Positions 38,195-48,279 of a stretch of 64,000 nucleotides of DNA are shown one piece after another. The notes beneath the pieces are model-generated. The model saw only the letters and a program-made list of their open reading frames with translations, made no database searches and was not told the DNA's origin. The DNA lies in assembly GCA_963786105.1 (NCBI GenBank), contig CAWAXX010000017.1, positions 1 through 64,000 on the forward strand. The letters run 5' to 3'. The number at the start of each line of letters is the position of its first letter. The first letter of the stretch is position 1. This stretch comes from Vulcanimicrobiota bacterium (GTDB taxonomy: Bacteria; Vulcanimicrobiota; Vulcanimicrobiia; Vulcanimicrobiales; Vulcanimicrobiaceae). A program made the translations under genes and the position numbers.

Positions 38195-39358
38195 CTACGT
38201 CACAACGGTCCAGTCGACCAAACGGTATTGTGCTCCGGTGCTCGTGATCGTCAGAACCCCGCTGCCGAATGCGTCGGAGAAGAGGTTGGCGACGTGCGTT
38301 TTTCCGTTGGTGAGCAGGCCGCTGACGGCAAGTGTCCCGGTTCGATTCCTTAGGTTCTTGCTGCTCGCGAGATCGAGCGTGAAGCCTCCTGAAAACGAAG
38401 CACGGAATACCGTCAAACTCGAGAGTCTACCGTGTCGATACACGGCGCGGATGGGAATCGTGAACGCGCTTGCCGCCGTGGCTCCGGCGAGTGCGTATGC
38501 CGTCGCGGCGTTGGCACAGGCTTTTCGCGGCGCGCCGGCAAGGAACGAGAGCGAACCGATGGGTCCGGCCACGGCGCTGCCGATTCGCGTCGTCGACACG
38601 GTTACTCCGCCGCTCCGATCGTCGCGACGGATCGACCTCGGCGAATCGACCGTAGTCCCTTGCCAGCCGAACGTCGCATCGAGAGACGGGATGCCGGTGG
38701 CGTCGTATCCGGCAGAGCCGGCGCACAAGGAGTTACCGTCGTCCCCCCTGGCCGGCATCATCACGATTTGCGAACTGGAGATGCTGCGTCTTTGGTTTGA
38801 AACCAGCAGTTGGCGTGTCGTAGCCCGTGCGAAGCCGTCGCGGACGATCGGAAAGCCGAGCGCGTCGAACTTGGCGCCGGTAATCCGCGAGCTCTCAAGG
38901 CGAAGGGCGAGCGGCGCCGCGGTGTTACGCGCGTAAATCGAAACGGCCACGGCCTCGCTTTCGGTTCCAGTCCCGAGGGGCGCGAACGTGCGAACGGTGT
39001 CGCGGGCCAGCTGCGTGCAGCCGGCGTCGAAAAACTCTCGCGTCTCCGTGGATCTAGGGTCGCCGGTGCGGCTGGGGGCAAGAAATTCGGCACCCTCTCG
39101 GCAGTCGCGGCCCATCGCATTGCTCCCGCCGGCGTCGGCGAGTTCTTTTACCAGGGAGCCGACTGAATCTACCGCGCCGATGGCCGCGGCGGCATACTGC
39201 GAGCCGGTCGGCCGGTGCGCCACGATGGCGGCCGCGTCGTCGACCGTCTCCAAACCGTTGCCGCTCGTCGAAAAGCCCGAGTAGCCGCCCCGGCTGCTAC
39301 AGCCGGCAAGCGCAAAAGCGCATACGGCTACAATGGCAAAAAATCGGGATCGGGCCAT
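38195..39358 (-). CDS. Hypothetical lipoprotein
   Basis: Signal peptide ending ALAGC; AGGAG ribosome-binding site; 387-aa ORF. Confidence 0.7.
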   Translation of the reverse strand: MARSRFFAIVAVCAFALAGCSSRGGYSGFSTSGNGLETVDDAAAIVAHRPTGSQYAAAAIGAVDSVGSLVKELADAGGSNAMGRDCREGAEFLAPSRTGDPRSTETREFFDAGCTQLARDTVRTFAPLGTGTESEAVAVSIYARNTAAPLALRLESSRITGAKFDALGFPIVRDGFARATTRQLLVSNQRRSISSSQIVMMPARGDDGNSLCAGSAGYDATGIPSLDATFGWQGTTVDSPRSIRRDDRSGGVTVSTTRIGSAVAGPIGSLSFLAGAPRKACANAATAYALAGATAASAFTIPIRAVYRHGRLSSLTVFRASFSGGFTLDLASSKNLRNRTGTLAVSGLLTNGKTHVANLFSDAFGSGVLTITSTGAQYRLVDWTVVT

Positions 39359-39465
39359 ACGAGTCTCTCCTGACCGCGGTCTACCGGGATTCCGTTACTT
39401 GCTATGGTAGGTGAAAGTGATGAAGGCCGCCTGAAAAGGACGTGAGAGGAGTGCGATTTCGCCGC

Positions 39466-39495
39466 TTGCCGAGGACTAGACCCGCGCGGTATCGT
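39466..39495 (+). promoter_or_regulatory. Putative sigma-A promoter for tRNA-Tyr/Gly
   Basis: TTGCCG-18 bp-TATCGT, 20 bp before tRNA-Tyr. Confidence 0.45.
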
Positions 39496-39515
39496 ACCCT
39501 GGTCTGCCGATTTGT

Positions 39516-39603
39516 GGGTAGGTGGCCGAGCGGTTAATGGCACCAGGCTGTAAACTTGGCGCGCGAAAGCGCTACGCTGGTTCGAATCCAGCCCTGCCCA
39601 CCA
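39516..39603 (+). tRNA. tRNA-Tyr(GUA)
   Basis: GGGTAGG/CCTGCCC acceptor, loop CT-GTA-AA, long V-arm GCGC-GAAA-GCGC, ends ACCA. Confidence 0.97.
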
Positions 39604-39610
39604 TTTCTTC

Positions 39611-39684
39611 GCGGGCGTTGCATAGTGGTAATGCCCTTGCCTTCCAAGCAAGAGTCGCGGGTTCGATTCCCGCCGCCCGCTCCA
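39611..39684 (+). tRNA. tRNA-Gly(UCC)
   Basis: GCGGGCG/CGCCCGC acceptor, loop CT-TCC-AA, ends TCCA. Confidence 0.97.
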
Positions 39685-39830
39685 CCAAACCCCTGATTTC
39701 ATGCGGGATTGCGCGTCAACGATGCGTCCGCGGTTGCCATTCGGTCGCATATCGCGGTACTTCTTGGGTGGGGCATGACGCCCGGCGCAGCGATGGTCAC
39801 ATTTGGTCGCAATCGTGGGAGTCCGTTACG

Positions 39831-41312
39831 TTAGTTCTTGTTCGACGTCATGAACATGCGGCCGTGCGGGTAGTCGAACACGTAGTCAAAGTGCTTGAGG
39901 AAGTCGTAGCCTAGCAACGCGTAGTCGGCGGCCATGCAGCAGGCTTCCCAGCCGCCGATCTGATAGTGGATCGGCCCGAGCGTCAACGTCCGCGGGTTGA
40001 ACGGATAGTGCTTCTTCACGAGATCGTAACTGAAGAGTACGGCACTAGGGTTCCCGGTGTCGAGGACGGCATTGACGGTCATCGAGTCGTCCAACGTCAT
40101 CGGCACCGTCAGCTCGCCATCGGTAAGGTCGACAAAAACCGGAAGCATCTTCAGCGACGATAGATCGGTCGACGGATCGAGTATCGACATCGTGGAGTCG
40201 TAGACGTTCAGCTTAACAATCGCGCCGGCGAAGAAGTCGGAGCCGATCAACCCCGCGTAGCCCTTGGCATCGAGGCCTTTGTAGTTCCAGCGCTCAAAAC
40301 TTTCCGAGTAGACGAGCACGTTCTGCAGATGCGCGTTACCGAAGTCCATGTCGGTAACGCTGCGAACGCGATTCTTCGTTTCGTCGTAGAGCGTGTATGA
40401 CGTAGAATTTCCCTTGAGCGTTTCCACGTGCGCGGCATCGGCGAACTTATCGTCAAGCCGAATAGCATCCGATCCGGTGTCAAGGATAAATGTTCCCTTT
40501 ACGCCGTTGATCGTGGCATCGACCAGAATGCGGTCGTGCGTGAGGTGGATCGGCACAGGCTGGTCCGACGTGAAGATCCACGTGGCCGTCGGTTTGGGCG
40601 GGTGCAGATCCTCATTGGTCACGGCCGCGTTGGGCTCGAACTTCTCGTTGGTGTGCGTCTCGTCGCTGTCATCGATGCGGTAGGAGCCGATCATCTTCTT
40701 CCCCGGCTGAACGTTGGCATACGAGAGAATGTGATACGTCGCTTCGAAAGCGCCGCCGGGATCGACCGTCGCCTGGACGTAGGCGCCAGTTGACGGATCG
40801 ACGTACAGATCGATTGGGTCGCCGTGGAGCATCGTTACACGCACGACGCCGACCGATTTGCCGTCGACGGTCTTGTTGCCGCGGAAAGTGCCGGGCAATC
40901 CGGGGGTGCCTTCTTGCATCAACATCGTGTAGGCGGCGAGTGCTTTGGCGCCTTCGCCGTAGACCGGCGTCGTGAAGCCGCTCGTAAAGCACTGCCAAAA
41001 CACCGTGCCGGTAAAGCCGACGTGTTGTGTGATGTTGTCTTGCTTGAGCATCGTGTGCGTTTCGTGGAACGCAAGACCGGCTTCGTTGAGGGCAACGCTT
41101 TCGAGCTTCTCGCCTTTCTTGTTCGTCACTGTGCCCGAAATGCGGATCGTTTGAAACGTCCCGTCGCCGAGTTGCCAGCCGACGTATGCACGGTGTTTTT
41201 GCAACAGGTCCTGAGCCTGGGTATCGGATTGCACTTCGGCAGCGCGTCCTGCGGACACAAACGTAATCAGAATCGCCCAAATGACGAGAACGGCGATGGT
41301 CATGCGGTTCAT
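39831..41312 (-). CDS. Secreted retropepsin-like aspartyl protease with two DTG domains
   Basis: Signal peptide; FILDTGS...GLIGSDFF and AVLDTGN...LLGYDFLKHF. Confidence 0.85.
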   Translation of the reverse strand: MNRMTIAVLVIWAILITFVSAGRAAEVQSDTQAQDLLQKHRAYVGWQLGDGTFQTIRISGTVTNKKGEKLESVALNEAGLAFHETHTMLKQDNITQHVGFTGTVFWQCFTSGFTTPVYGEGAKALAAYTMLMQEGTPGLPGTFRGNKTVDGKSVGVVRVTMLHGDPIDLYVDPSTGAYVQATVDPGGAFEATYHILSYANVQPGKKMIGSYRIDDSDETHTNEKFEPNAAVTNEDLHPPKPTATWIFTSDQPVPIHLTHDRILVDATINGVKGTFILDTGSDAIRLDDKFADAAHVETLKGNSTSYTLYDETKNRVRSVTDMDFGNAHLQNVLVYSESFERWNYKGLDAKGYAGLIGSDFFAGAIVKLNVYDSTMSILDPSTDLSSLKMLPVFVDLTDGELTVPMTLDDSMTVNAVLDTGNPSAVLFSYDLVKKHYPFNPRTLTLGPIHYQIGGWEACCMAADYALLGYDFLKHFDYVFDYPHGRMFMTSNKN

Positions 41313-41731
41313 ACTCGAGCCTTCGGCCGGAAGCAGACGAGGTCTTCCTTGCCTAACGATACCGAACGGCTTTGCCATCGCCGAACGCCTGACGAACTTG
41401 CGTCCGAGCTTGCAAGTTCACGAGCGAGGGGAACACGGGTTTCGATTCCATTTCCATTCGTTCAACGTCGCCGTGCCGCCGAGCTTGGAAGCGTAGTGCT
41501 GGTCGGCGCCGTCGGAGTTTTTCTAGGGTCTCGGCGTCGTGAGCGCAGAGCGTTCGAACTTGGAGTTCCGGATGCCGGAGCGAACCAAGGTCGACGTAGT
41601 CGTATTCCACGCTGGCGCAAGGCCGCTCGTCGGCTGCGGACGAAATCGCCCAGCCCCCGAGGTTCAATGGTGGAGATCGGCGTCTCGGGCATTTCGTTAG
41701 CCAAGGAGTCGTTTCGGACGAGGAGGTGACC

Positions 41732-42901
41732 ATGCGTGAAGCTCGGGTAGTCGTCGTCGGGGGCGGCCCTTCGGGACTGAGTACGGCCGGAGCGCTAAAG
41801 GCCGTCGGCGTGCAATCGGTGGTGGTCTTAGATGGTGACGATCGCATTGGAGGCTCGTGGTCACGCCGATACGAGCGTTTGCATCTGCATACAGTCAGCC
41901 GGCTCTCCGGCCTTGCTCATTACCCAATCCCGAAGCATTACCCAAAATACGTTTCTAAAGACCAGTATGCGGAATATCTGCAATCGTACGCAAACCACTT
42001 TGAACTGCAGACCGAACTCAATACTGAAGTCGTCAGCGTTCGCCGTGACGTAGTCGTTGGCGGCGAGCCAGCCTACATCGTCGACACCGAGAACGGCGCC
42101 TGGCGCTGCGGCAACGTGGTTATCGCGACCGGAAAATATCGCGAGCCCACCATCCCGGCTTTTCCGGATATGGATCGATATCGAGGGACCAGTCTTCACG
42201 CTGCGCGTTACCTGACTGGTCGGGACTACGCGGGCAAGTGCGTTCTCGTTGCAGGCATCGGGAACACCGGAGCCGAGATTGCCGCGGACCTCGTCGAGCA
42301 GGGCGCGGCCGCGGTCACGATCAGCATTCGATCGATGCCGACCATCGTGCCGCGCGACATTTTCGGCCGGCCGGTCCAACAAACGGGCATCACGTTGTCA
42401 CGGTTGCCGCCGCACGTTGCCGACGGCATCGGAAAGATCGTCGCCCGCTTCACGGTCGGCGATCTGAGTCGCTATGGAATTGGAGCGCCACAATGGTCGC
42501 CCTTTATCGACCAACGCCCGCCCGTGATCGATGTTGGCTTCCTAGATCACCTCCGGGCGAATCGAATTGCAGTGCGGCCTAACATCGCGCGCTTCGTGAG
42601 CGATGGCGTCGTTTATACCGACGGCCGGGAAGAGGGCTTCGATGCGGTCATCTTTGCAACCGGATTCGTCACCGGTCTCGAGAGGCTCCTCAAGATTCCT
42701 GGACTTCTGGATGAATCGGCTAATCCGAGATTCGCATCGGGCGCTCCGACTTCCGAGCCGGGGCTCTACTTCATTGGTTTCTTGCAAAGCAACCGCGGCG
42801 TTCTCTACGAAATGGAGATCCACTCGCGTCGTCTCGCGGCCACCATCGCCGCACCAAAAGCTCGCGAACGCGGGTTCTCCGAGCAAAAACTCTCTGCGTA
42901 G
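41732..42901 (+). CDS. Flavin-containing monooxygenase (FMO/YUCCA-like)
   Basis: GGGPSG, YERLHLHT, IATG, LHAARY, GIGNTGAEIA, FATGF. AGGAGG ribosome-binding site. Confidence 0.88.
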   Translation: MREARVVVVGGGPSGLSTAGALKAVGVQSVVVLDGDDRIGGSWSRRYERLHLHTVSRLSGLAHYPIPKHYPKYVSKDQYAEYLQSYANHFELQTELNTEVVSVRRDVVVGGEPAYIVDTENGAWRCGNVVIATGKYREPTIPAFPDMDRYRGTSLHAARYLTGRDYAGKCVLVAGIGNTGAEIAADLVEQGAAAVTISIRSMPTIVPRDIFGRPVQQTGITLSRLPPHVADGIGKIVARFTVGDLSRYGIGAPQWSPFIDQRPPVIDVGFLDHLRANRIAVRPNIARFVSDGVVYTDGREEGFDAVIFATGFVTGLERLLKIPGLLDESANPRFASGAPTSEPGLYFIGFLQSNRGVLYEMEIHSRRLAATIAAPKARERGFSEQKLSA

Positions 42902-42926
42902 CAAAAAGGCGGCCTAGGGCGTCAGG

Positions 42927-43697
42927 GTGAGAAGGGCGGCATTAGCGAACTCCGCCGATCGAATCGTTGGAGCCCGCGCGGTAATCTACGCCGCCATCAC
43001 GTCTGTTCCCGTTGCGCTCTTGGCCCTCGCCGATTGGCTCTTCGCGCGGCGCCTCGAAGACGCGCGGTTAGCCACCGTGTTCGAGGTGGCGATCGCGCTA
43101 GCGTTCAGCTTTTGGCTGCGGGCTCTGCACAAACGGATTGACCGGTTTGCCGAGCGAGTCTTTTTCGGTTCACGCCACCGCGCGTTCGAGCGCATCCACC
43201 ACGTGGCCCACGCGTTGCCGTTTACGGAGAGCGTTTCGACCATCGAAAGGATGCTGGCGATCGAGGCGGCCCAGTCCCTGCAGTTTTCGTCCGGGGCACT
43301 CTTTCGCGTCGCCGACGGCGTCTATTCGCGAACTGCCTCGACAGGATGGGACGGCGCCGCGGAAAGGCTCGACGCCGACGATTCGCTCGTGCTCTTCGCC
43401 CGTTCCGAGCGGCGCGGTGTGCGATTGAGCGTTACCCCGCCATCGAAGGCATGTGTTCCGAACGGAAATGCGAAGCCGATCTTCGCGTTGCCGGTGATTG
43501 CCGGGCGCAATACGATCGCCGTCGTTCTGTACGGCAGTCATCGCGACGGCGAAGCCATCGACGCTGAAGAAGAGCAACTGCTCAATGCACTCGGACAGGC
43601 GGCGGCCACCGCTTACGAGCATCTCCACGCCGAGGAGCGTGAGCGCGAGAACGTGGCGCTGCGGGAACGGCTGAAGCAGTTGGGCGTAGCGTACTAG
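42927..43697 (+). pseudogene. N-terminally truncated membrane protein with C-terminal GAF-like domain
   Basis: Begins mid-TM region (RAVIYAAITS), then LHKRIDRFAERVFF and GAF-like ALPV...VLYGSHRDGE.ID.EE. No convincing start. Confidence 0.55.
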
Positions 43698-43945
43698 AGC
43701 GGCGAAAAAGGCTCGGGTGAGCGCGGCGCGGCATCACCGTAGCGGAATCGATGCAAGGGGCAAAAGAATCGCACGTAAGGGGCGGGTACCGAGCCCTCTA
43801 TCGCGAAAGAACTACAGTCCTCGAACGCATCTTCGGGATGTCTTGCGCTACGGTCGCAGGTCCGCACATAGACTCACTTGCCGGCCCTCACCGAGAAAAA
43901 CCTTAAGCCGCCGATCTTCTATGGGCCGGCAACGGGTATTTTCGA

Positions 43946-44704
43946 ATGCCGGACGCTCCCGCAGCGACTGTCCTCACAGGCAATCTCTTCCTCGACAACC
44001 TGCCAAGCCGCGCCATGGACGCCCTTCGTCACTCGCTCGCGCCGGTGGCGATGGCAAGTGCCGAAATCGTATACGACTACGCCCAACCGATGGGCCGGAT
44101 ACTGTTTCCAACCGGTAGCGTCATTTCCGTTGTCCTGCAAATGTTGGATGGAAATATCGCTGAAGTTGGCATCATCGGCCGCGAGGGTATGACCGGTCTG
44201 GCGATCGCGCTCGGGCAGTCGAGTACCAATCAGCGCAGTATCGTGCAAATCCCAGACGGAGCATTGAGTTTGCCCGCCGAGGAGTTTCGAGCGGTCGTCG
44301 AGAGCGACCCCGAGCTGAAAGCCTTTAGCCTCCGATACGCACAAGCCGTCCTTATGACGACGGTACAGCTAGCCGCTTGCAACTCGCTGCATCCCGTGAA
44401 CGAACGCTGTGCGCGGTGGCTTCTAATGGCGCACGATCGCGTAGGCGAGAACCTTTTGCTGCTGACACAAGAGTTCTTGAGTCAAATGCTTGGCGTACGG
44501 CGCGCAAGCGTCGTGGTTGCGGCGTCGGAACTCCAAGCCGCTGGATTCATTTCCTACACCCGCGGGCAGATCACCATTCTGAGCCGATCCGGCTTGGAAT
44601 CGGTTTCGTGTGAGTGCTACGAAACCATGGAGCGAGAGTGGAAGAAGATTATGGGCTATAGCGTCCGCAAGTCGGACGCGATCCCCGTCAATGGCGGCCA
44701 CTGA
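43946..44704 (+). CDS. Crp/Fnr family transcriptional regulator
   Basis: EVGIIGREG, ACNSLH.VNERCARWLL, LTQEFLSQMLGVRRASV, SCECY. Confidence 0.9.
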   Translation: MPDAPAATVLTGNLFLDNLPSRAMDALRHSLAPVAMASAEIVYDYAQPMGRILFPTGSVISVVLQMLDGNIAEVGIIGREGMTGLAIALGQSSTNQRSIVQIPDGALSLPAEEFRAVVESDPELKAFSLRYAQAVLMTTVQLAACNSLHPVNERCARWLLMAHDRVGENLLLLTQEFLSQMLGVRRASVVVAASELQAAGFISYTRGQITILSRSGLESVSCECYETMEREWKKIMGYSVRKSDAIPVNGGH

Positions 44705-44815
44705 TTGATTTACGAGCTGGCATAAGTACGGTACCGCACTTGCGCAATGTCGCGAAAGTCGTATCATTACAGCGCGGGCTTTCAAGCGTTTGGCGCAACG
44801 AGGTATGCCAAAGGT

Positions 44816-45193
44816 ATGAACAAAGAGTTCGCGATCGGCGCAGAATTTGTGGTCCCGCTGACCGACCTCCATCTGGGGTCAACCGAATACGCCGAAGCCG
44901 AGTTTTGCGGGCCGGAAGATAGCGAGAACATCGTCAGGTTCGTCTTAATGGCTCGTGAAGCAGATTGTTACGCCGAAGCCGGCCCGGGCAGATGCATATT
45001 GCGAGGAAAGATCCCGGCGGCCGCGAGTCCCGGCGAGTACAAACTCAGCCGCCTCGTTATCCATCAGCAAGTTGGCCCCGGATGGTCGCAGGAGTGGCCC
45101 CAAGCTCAGTTACCGGATGTGACCTTCGTCGTTACGGCGAATGCGTCGGACTTGCCGACGGGAACGGTACCGACGGAAGGGGCTGGATGGTGA
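44816..45193 (+). CDS. Hypothetical protein
   Basis: Plausible beta-rich ORF (LRGKIPAAASPGEYKL); 3' end overlaps the convergent ORF. Confidence 0.45.
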   Translation: MNKEFAIGAEFVVPLTDLHLGSTEYAEAEFCGPEDSENIVRFVLMAREADCYAEAGPGRCILRGKIPAAASPGEYKLSRLVIHQQVGPGWSQEWPQAQLPDVTFVVTANASDLPTGTVPTEGAGW

Positions 45194-45332
45194 TTGACGG
45201 CAGTGGTGTTGGAACCATCGGAGTCGCCGACGGCGATGGTGCGGGCGTCGGTATCGACTGAGCAGTCGCGAAAACAGAAGCCGCGACGACGATAATCGCC
45301 GCTCCAATCAGGCCGAGAAACCATCGATTCAT
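45132..45332 (-). CDS. Small secreted Pro/Ser/Thr-rich protein
   Basis: GGAG ribosome-binding site, signal peptide MNRWFLGLIGAAIIVVAASVFATA, PTPAPSPSATP tail. Confidence 0.6.
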   Translation of the reverse strand: MNRWFLGLIGAAIIVVAASVFATAQSIPTPAPSPSATPMVPTPLPSITIQPLPSVPFPSASPTHSP

Positions 45333-45448
45333 TGCGCCCTCCGGTAGGGTGGATGCTGATTCTCTGTTTCTTCCCACGGGAGCGCGGTACGAACCTTTAC
45401 GCGCTCGGCGCGGCAGGTTTGGTTACAAGAAAAACATATAGGAGCCGC

Positions 45449-46423
45449 ATGGATAGGGTCCCATTAGCCGTTGCGCCGATAAGCGTCGAATCGATCGAGG
45501 CCGCCCGGATCCGAATCGCTCGTACGATCGTACGAACGCCGTTGATTCGGCTGGGGACTAGTACCGACGGTCCCGAGATCTACCTCAAGCTAGAGAACTT
45601 GCAGCCGGTGAACTCGTTCAAGCTACGCGGAGCGGCGAATGCCGTGGCGATGCTCTCGCCCGAACGTCGTTCGCTGGGCGTTTGGACCATCAGTGCCGGT
45701 AATGCGGGCCAAGGCGTCGCATACGCGGCTCGTCAAGCGGGCGTGCCGTGCACGGTCGTCACCATCGAAACGGCGCCCGAAACCAAAACCGGGAGGATGC
45801 GCGCGCTCGGCGCGCACTTGGTGAAAGCGTCTTTCGACGCGTGCTGGGAAGCTATGGAGCGGCGCACCTTCCCCGGCGTCACGGGAACGTTCGTTCACCC
45901 GTTCGACGACGACGACTTCATCGCGGGCAACGCGACGATGGGGTTCGAGATCGTCGAGGACCTGCCTGAGGTCGCGACGGTCGTGACGGCCATGGGCGGA
46001 GGCGGGCTCGCGACGGGCGTGGCCTCCGGCGTGCGCGCTCGCAAGCCTGGCGTGCGCGTGCTGGTTGCGGAACCGGAAACGGCCGCGCCGGCCTCGCTTT
46101 CCTTTTCTATGGGCAAAGCATCGGCGTTTGAGGGATGGCAAGCGACGTTCGTCGACGGGGCCGGCGGCAAGAGCGTTTTTCCCCGGATGTGGGAGCGGAT
46201 GCGGCGCTTGGTCGATGGATCGATCGTGGTGACTCTCCAGGAAACCAAAGACGCCATGCGCGTGCTCGCGGAGAAGTCGCGAGTGATCGCCGAAGGCGCC
46301 GGGGCGCTCGCCGTTGCCGCTGCCCTGAGCGGCAAGGCCGGCGACGGTCCGATCGTCGCCGTCGTATCGGGCGGCAACATCGACTTGTCGACGTTTTGCG
46401 AACTGATCGGCGCCGCGACGTGA
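45449..46423 (+). CDS. PLP-dependent threonine/serine dehydratase-like enzyme without regulatory domain
   Basis: RTPL, LKLENLQPVNSFKLRGA, SAGNAGQG, HPFDD, GGGGL, VSGGNID. Confidence 0.9.
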   Translation: MDRVPLAVAPISVESIEAARIRIARTIVRTPLIRLGTSTDGPEIYLKLENLQPVNSFKLRGAANAVAMLSPERRSLGVWTISAGNAGQGVAYAARQAGVPCTVVTIETAPETKTGRMRALGAHLVKASFDACWEAMERRTFPGVTGTFVHPFDDDDFIAGNATMGFEIVEDLPEVATVVTAMGGGGLATGVASGVRARKPGVRVLVAEPETAAPASLSFSMGKASAFEGWQATFVDGAGGKSVFPRMWERMRRLVDGSIVVTLQETKDAMRVLAEKSRVIAEGAGALAVAAALSGKAGDGPIVAVVSGGNIDLSTFCELIGAAT

Positions 46424-46429
46424 ACGCAG

Positions 46430-46669
46430 CTACGGCGGAGTGCCGCCCTCAATCCAACGCCGGACCGTCGCAACGTTTTCGGGGGGCCACGCGCCGTCGC
46501 ACGGCATGGACCCGCTGCTGACCGCGCTCAAAATCTCCGGCGCGTGTCGAACCACGTCGTCGTAGCTCCAGAGATCGAAAGCGCCCTTCATCGCGGTACG
46601 GTCCTTCTCGCGAAACAGCGGCTTGACGTCTTCGCTGAAGCTGATTTTTACGTCGCGATCGTCATTCAT
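46430..46669 (-). CDS. Small hypothetical protein (SF..DVKPLFR...FDL.SY...MP...W)
   Basis: 79-aa ORF with GGAG ribosome-binding site, in an operon with the YceI and DoxX genes. Confidence 0.65.
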   Translation of the reverse strand: MNDDRDVKISFSEDVKPLFREKDRTAMKGAFDLWSYDDVVRHAPEILSAVSSGSMPCDGAWPPENVATVRRWIEGGTPP

Positions 46670-46697
46670 GGCTCCCTCGCCTTTCACTCATCGCTAG

Positions 46698-47246
46698 TTA
46701 CTGTTGCTTGATTGCCTCGACATCGATGACGATGTCGACTCCTCGGCTGACGACGATTCCGCCGTCGGGCATGCTATCGTTCCAGCTCACGCCGTAGTCG
46801 TAGCGGTCGATGCGCGTGCGGGCCGTAAAGCCTGCCCGCATCTTTGGCCCTTTGTCGACTCCGTCTTCCCACCATGGCGTTTGCCACGCGCCAAGATACC
46901 GGACGTCGAGAACCTCCGGGCGCGTTACGCCCCTAATGGTGAGATCGCCGGTTACTCGATAGTCGACCGGACCGATTTCGACGACACCCGTACTCTTGAA
47001 GCGAATTTCGGCATATCGTTCGCAGTCCAAGAAATCCGGACTTCGAAGATGGTTGTCGCGCGCCGGCTCGCCCGTCCAGCACGTCGAAGCGCTGATGATC
47101 GCTTCGACGGCGAGTTGCCGGGGCTGAGCCGGATCGAACTCAAGACTCCCGTTGACTTGCTTGAACGATCCGCGGACCCACGTCACCATCATGTGCCGCG
47201 CACGAAATTCGGCGGCGCTGTGCCCGGGCTCAAAGACCCACTTCAT
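46698..47246 (-). CDS. YceI family protein
   Basis: HSAAEFRARHMM..VRGSF, RDNHLRSPDFLD, GDLTIRGVT, IDRYDYGVSWN. Confidence 0.92.
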   Translation of the reverse strand: MKWVFEPGHSAAEFRARHMMVTWVRGSFKQVNGSLEFDPAQPRQLAVEAIISASTCWTGEPARDNHLRSPDFLDCERYAEIRFKSTGVVEIGPVDYRVTGDLTIRGVTRPEVLDVRYLGAWQTPWWEDGVDKGPKMRAGFTARTRIDRYDYGVSWNDSMPDGGIVVSRGVDIVIDVEAIKQQ

Positions 47247-47283
47247 ACCGTCCTCCTCCGTGTGAGATCTAGTATCGCAGCCT

Positions 47284-47667
47284 TTAGCGCATGAGGACGA
47301 ACTTGCCGCCGTCGGTGAACAAGACGACGGTCAGCATCGAGATGAGGGTTATCTCGTACGACCACCCCAGGCCCTCTTTTCCCCAGAAGCCGGTCTTCCA
47401 GACGAAGATTTTTTTCTGAATCGCGCCCAGCATGATAAGGACTAGTCCGATCGCCGCCGGCTGCTGCAGCACGCCGAGAATCACCGCCGCGCCGCCCGCC
47501 AGCTCGGCCGCCGCTAGAAATATCGTGAATCCTTTGGACGTCCCGATACTCTTGCTGCGCCCGTCCGGATCCTTAAGGTCGTTGTATCCGCTGTCGACAA
47601 AAATTGCGCCGACGGCGATTCTCAGAAACAACAAGCCGTAATCCGTGAATCCTTCGAGGTGAAACAT
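47284..47667 (-). CDS. DoxX family membrane protein
   Basis: LLFLRIAVGAIF, AELAGG, MLGAI, GWSY, GGKF. Confidence 0.85.
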   Translation of the reverse strand: MFHLEGFTDYGLLFLRIAVGAIFVDSGYNDLKDPDGRSKSIGTSKGFTIFLAAAELAGGAAVILGVLQQPAAIGLVLIMLGAIQKKIFVWKTGFWGKEGLGWSYEITLISMLTVVLFTDGGKFVLMR

Positions 47668-47796
47668 CGCAAGGACGCGTTTCGGCCATCGGCGCCTGCT
47701 CTCCCACGAGCCGTGCCCGATGCCGGCCGGAATAACCCGGGAGAGAGTTTAAAATAACACAAACGCGAGGATTCATAAATCCGGGAGAACCAGCCC

Positions 47797-48279
47797 ATGA
47801 ACGCCTTCGAATTTCTGCTCCCCCATAAAGGCGGCGACTATCGATCGCATCCCGCGGCGCCGGACGTCAACTTGATCCACGCAAGCGGCCTCTCGCCGAC
47901 CGAACGTTTCTGTCAACGGATTGCCGAGAGTACCGGTGCCCCCGCGACTCTGGTTGCCGTCATCGTCTTTCAATTTCTTTGGATTGTCGTCGGTCAAGTT
48001 ACGAGAATGGATCCGTTTCCATACATCTTTATGCTGACCGTTTCGAACGTGATTCAGCTAGTTCTCATCGTCGTGCTGGCCGTAGCCGGAAAACAACAGG
48101 CGGCGCATGCCGAAATTCGCGCCGAAGAAGATCACGCTTCGCTCTCGCGCATGCTGTATCACCAGCAAACGCAGGAAGCGATCCTTCTCGATCTGGCCGC
48201 CCATGCCGGCATCGATACGCATGAATACGAACGTGCGGTCAACGAGTTATCCATGCCGAACGCGCGCGATCGAGCATAG
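47797..48279 (+). CDS. DUF1003-like membrane protein
   Basis: ERF..RIA..TG, TM pair, DPFPYIF, AEIRAEED. Confidence 0.7.
   Translation: MNAFEFLLPHKGGDYRSHPAAPDVNLIHASGLSPTERFCQRIAESTGAPATLVAVIVFQFLWIVVGQVTRMDPFPYIFMLTVSNVIQLVLIVVLAVAGKQQAAHAEIRAEEDHASLSRMLYHQQTQEAILLDLAAHAGIDTHEYERAVNELSMPNARDRA

Noticed and set aside
41350..41700. Possible gene or att remnant (GGGTTTCGATTCC near 41438) upstream of the FMO
   Set aside because: The match to the tRNA-Gly 3' end is too short and no frame gives a recognisable protein.
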